This document shows positions 61,929-64,000 of a DNA stretch of 64,000 nucleotides, in pieces. The notes below the pieces were generated by a model. That model was not told the origin of the DNA. It made no database searches and worked only from the letters and a program-made list of their open reading frames with translations. Position numbers and translations under genes: made by a program. Source of the stretch: Bacteroidales bacterium. GTDB lineage: Bacteria; Bacteroidota; Bacteroidia; Bacteroidales; VadinHA17. Each line of letters opens with the position of its first letter. Positions within the stretch are counted from its first letter, which is position 1. Location: contig JBEKDR010000010.1 of the NCBI GenBank assembly GCA_050014255.1, positions 587 to 64,586 of the forward strand, in the 5' to 3' direction.

Positions 61929-64000
61929 TCACGGGCTTAATACTTTGAAAACCTGTAATGGATCATTGCTACGGGCGACGACAATTATTTTATCTTTTGA
62001 GGTGTTCACCTCCTTTATATCCCGTATCTCTCCGTCAAGATGAAAGCCGGATATTCTTGCCGGTACATAGCTGAAATTTCCATGCCCGTCACCCAATAAT
62101 AATGTTCCATAGCTGGCATCATACCGACCTACCTCGGGTTTTACATTGAACAGATTTCCGCCAAGCAGGATATCCGGATTACCATCATGATTATAATCTC
62201 CAATTGCAGCAGCATATACAGGTGAAAACTGCACCTCAACCGGTAAAGGCTTTCTGGTGAAATGCCCGTTACCATCATTAATAAATAACGAGGTTTCCAG
62301 GAGATTTACATCTAATCTGATTGCATTCTTTAACTGTTCAGGTGTAAAAATATCTGTGATCTGCTGGTCTTTGTACATATCATATTTCGGGTACTTCTTT
62401 AACAGCGCCGGAATCTGTCTGGTCAGATCATGCTTTAAAGCAAGCGGATACGATTTGTCCCCATCGTAAGTACATATAATCTGTTCTACTGATCCATTCA
62501 GATCAAAATCGCTTACGTACATGCTCACAGGTTTTTCCGGCGAGGCTTTGAATCTTGAGTTCAAGCCATGATTACCTGCTATAAAATCGATTTTCCCATC
62601 TCCATTAAAATCGCCGGCAGCCAGGCAGTTCCACCATCCAGCTGTTTTATCAGAGCCGAATGCATCTTTTTTTTCTTTAAATCTGCCATTTTCATTTATG
62701 AACACTTTTAAAGGCATCCAGTCTCCTGCAATAATCATATCCAGGTCTCCGTCACCATCAACATCAGCCCAGATCATATCGCGGATCATACCGATATTCA
62801 TCAATTCCGGGGCGACCTGAGCAGTTATATTCCTGAAATTTCCATTGCCGTCGTACTTGAGTAAATATCCATTGCAAGGAACTCCGTATTCAAAAGGTTT
62901 GAGACGGATACCAACAAATAATTCCATTTTACCATCTTTATCGAAGTCAGCAGGCCTGACGCATGAAGTACTTTCATATTTACCTGCTGGCAATATCTGG
63001 GCAGATTTGGTAAAATTTCCTTTACCATCGTTAATATAAAAACGATCTGCAAGAGCTGATGAGCTTTCCGGAAATTCATTTCCGCCGCATGCAACATACA
63101 GATCGAGATCGCCATCTCCGTCTGCATCAAACATTGCGCAATCCGTCTCTTCAGAAGCCTTATCCTCCTCAAATAAAGATTTTTCGACAGAGATAAATGT
63201 GCCATCCTTCTGTTGTATCAACAGGGCGCCGGGTTGTCCTTTTGCACCACATATATAGATATCTTCGAGCCCATCACCGTTTACATCACCTTTGCACATT
63301 CGCGGACCTTCGGTCGATAACATGTGAAAAAGCAGGGGTTCGCGTTCAAAATCATTAAAATCATCCTCTTTATGAACGAAATCTATCCTATTGTCTTTGC
63401 TGATATCCTTAAAATAAATATTTTTTGAATTTACAGGATCAACCGCATGAAATGACATTTTCCTGGCATCTTTCTGATATAAAGTAAGAATCTGATCCGT
63501 TTTTACATCAGTCAGAATTGTGACCCGGTCATCAGGCCATTCAACAATGAGCGAATCTACCATTGTCAACGGGCCCAGGCCAAGATTAGGTCGGGGATCA
63601 ACAGTTGAAAGATAACCTCGCATCGGCATTTGTTCGAGATAGACAAATTTGCCTTTATTTTTGACAGTCACCTTGGCACCTATAGCTTCTGTGTTCTTTG
63701 GTTCTCCCTTTAAAATGACTTTCAGAAAATGATTATCAGGCAATTGATGATTGGTTTCATTACGGTATATCGACATGGGTAAATTTACGTTGTTTACTAC
63801 CAGGTCGAGATCTCCATCGTTATCAAGATCACCATAGGCAGCGCCATTTGAAAAGCCTGGATTGCCAAGCCCCCATGGTATCGCCATATTCTGAAACGTG
63901 TAATTTCCCATGTTTTTGAAAGCATAACTCGGGATCTTGACAGAAGGAATAGCATCAATCAGCTTTTTATAGTCTACCTTATTACCTGTAACAATCGACA
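61929..64000 (-). CDS. Second FG-GAP/ASPIC (CRTAC1-like) protein; N-terminal part lies beyond the window
   Basis: The visible part aligns with residues ~455-1103 of the neighbouring paralog (YGDLDNDGDLDLVVNN, AIGAKVTVKNKGKFVYLEQMPMRGYLSTVDPRPNLGLG). The frame remains open upstream of the Met at 63911 to the window end. Confidence 0.8.
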   Translation of the reverse strand, partial: SIVTGNKVDYKKLIDAIPSVKIPSYAFKNMGNYTFQNMAIPWGLGNPGFSNGAAYGDLDNDGDLDLVVNNVNLPMSIYRNETNHQLPDNHFLKVILKGEPKNTEAIGAKVTVKNKGKFVYLEQMPMRGYLSTVDPRPNLGLGPLTMVDSLIVEWPDDRVTILTDVKTDQILTLYQKDARKMSFHAVDPVNSKNIYFKDISKDNRIDFVHKEDDFNDFEREPLLFHMLSTEGPRMCKGDVNGDGLEDIYICGAKGQPGALLIQQKDGTFISVEKSLFEEDKASEETDCAMFDADGDGDLDLYVACGGNEFPESSSALADRFYINDGKGNFTKSAQILPAGKYESTSCVRPADFDKDGKMELFVGIRLKPFEYGVPCNGYLLKYDGNGNFRNITAQVAPELMNIGMIRDMIWADVDGDGDLDMIIAGDWMPLKVFINENGRFKEKKDAFGSDKTAGWWNCLAAGDFNGDGKIDFIAGNHGLNSRFKASPEKPVSMYVSDFDLNGSVEQIICTYDGDKSYPLALKHDLTRQIPALLKKYPKYDMYKDQQITDIFTPEQLKNAIRLDVNLLETSLFINDGNGHFTRKPLPVEVQFSPVYAAAIGDYNHDGNPDILLGGNLFNVKPEVGRYDASYGTLLLGDGHGNFSYVPARISGFHLDGEIRDIKEVNTSKDKIIVVARSNDPLQVFKVLSP

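Overview
The window looks like a chromosomal segment of an AT-rich Bacteroidota-type genome. Supporting signs are SusC/RagA-like TonB receptors, FG-GAP/ASPIC lipoproteins, a kdp locus with an associated porin, and TAnnTTTG-like boxes close to start codons. About 50 protein genes are supported. I recognised no rRNA, tRNA, CRISPR array, transposase or prophage. Gene content from left to right: (1) a small accessory-looking island (1-4.6 kb) with a DUF4143 AAA+ ATPase, an unknown 494-aa protein with CorA-like membrane topology, an unknown 348-aa protein with an RNxxxH (HEPN-like) motif, and a decayed partial copy of the latter. (2) A six-gene hyfBCEFGI-like operon (5-12.3 kb). (3) Housekeeping genes: ggt, an AlkD-like gene, an M49 DPP-III peptidase, a DUF47+PiT phosphate pair and an APC permease. 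(4) Porin + kdpFABC + an output-less 4HB-HAMP sensor + kdpDE. (5) Miscellaneous metabolism: a DnaQ-GIY-YIG nuclease, a class IV aminotransferase, a radical SAM enzyme, a PCD + FNR-like pair and pncB/pncA. (6) A sugar-utilisation cluster: CE15 esterase, DlgD-like dehydrogenase, MFS transporter, DUF1080, TAT-exported Gfo/Idh/MocA, NagB-like protein and an ADP-kinase-like protein. (7) Two tandem FG-GAP/ASPIC lipoprotein genes followed by three tandem SusC-like paralogs, with no SusD gene in the window. The strongest finding is the hyf-like operon. Its antiporter-like subunits keep their charged signature residues, but its large and small subunits have lost the NiFe and proximal Fe-S cysteine ligands, as in Ehr-type energy-converting-hydrogenase-related complexes of unknown function. 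Other leads are the candidate HEPN + CorA-like pair, the SusD-less triple SusC array with mosaic gene-conversion patches, and a striking set of short-period intergenic repeats. The repeats include a (G3N4)11 heptamer array, a 20-unit phase-locked heptamer array inside the DUF47-PiT operon, CTTTGCG word repeats pointing at gene starts, and paired C6/G6 hairpins. Everything was read by eye. Hand-derived coordinates may be off by 1-2 nt, and no database search or computation was run.
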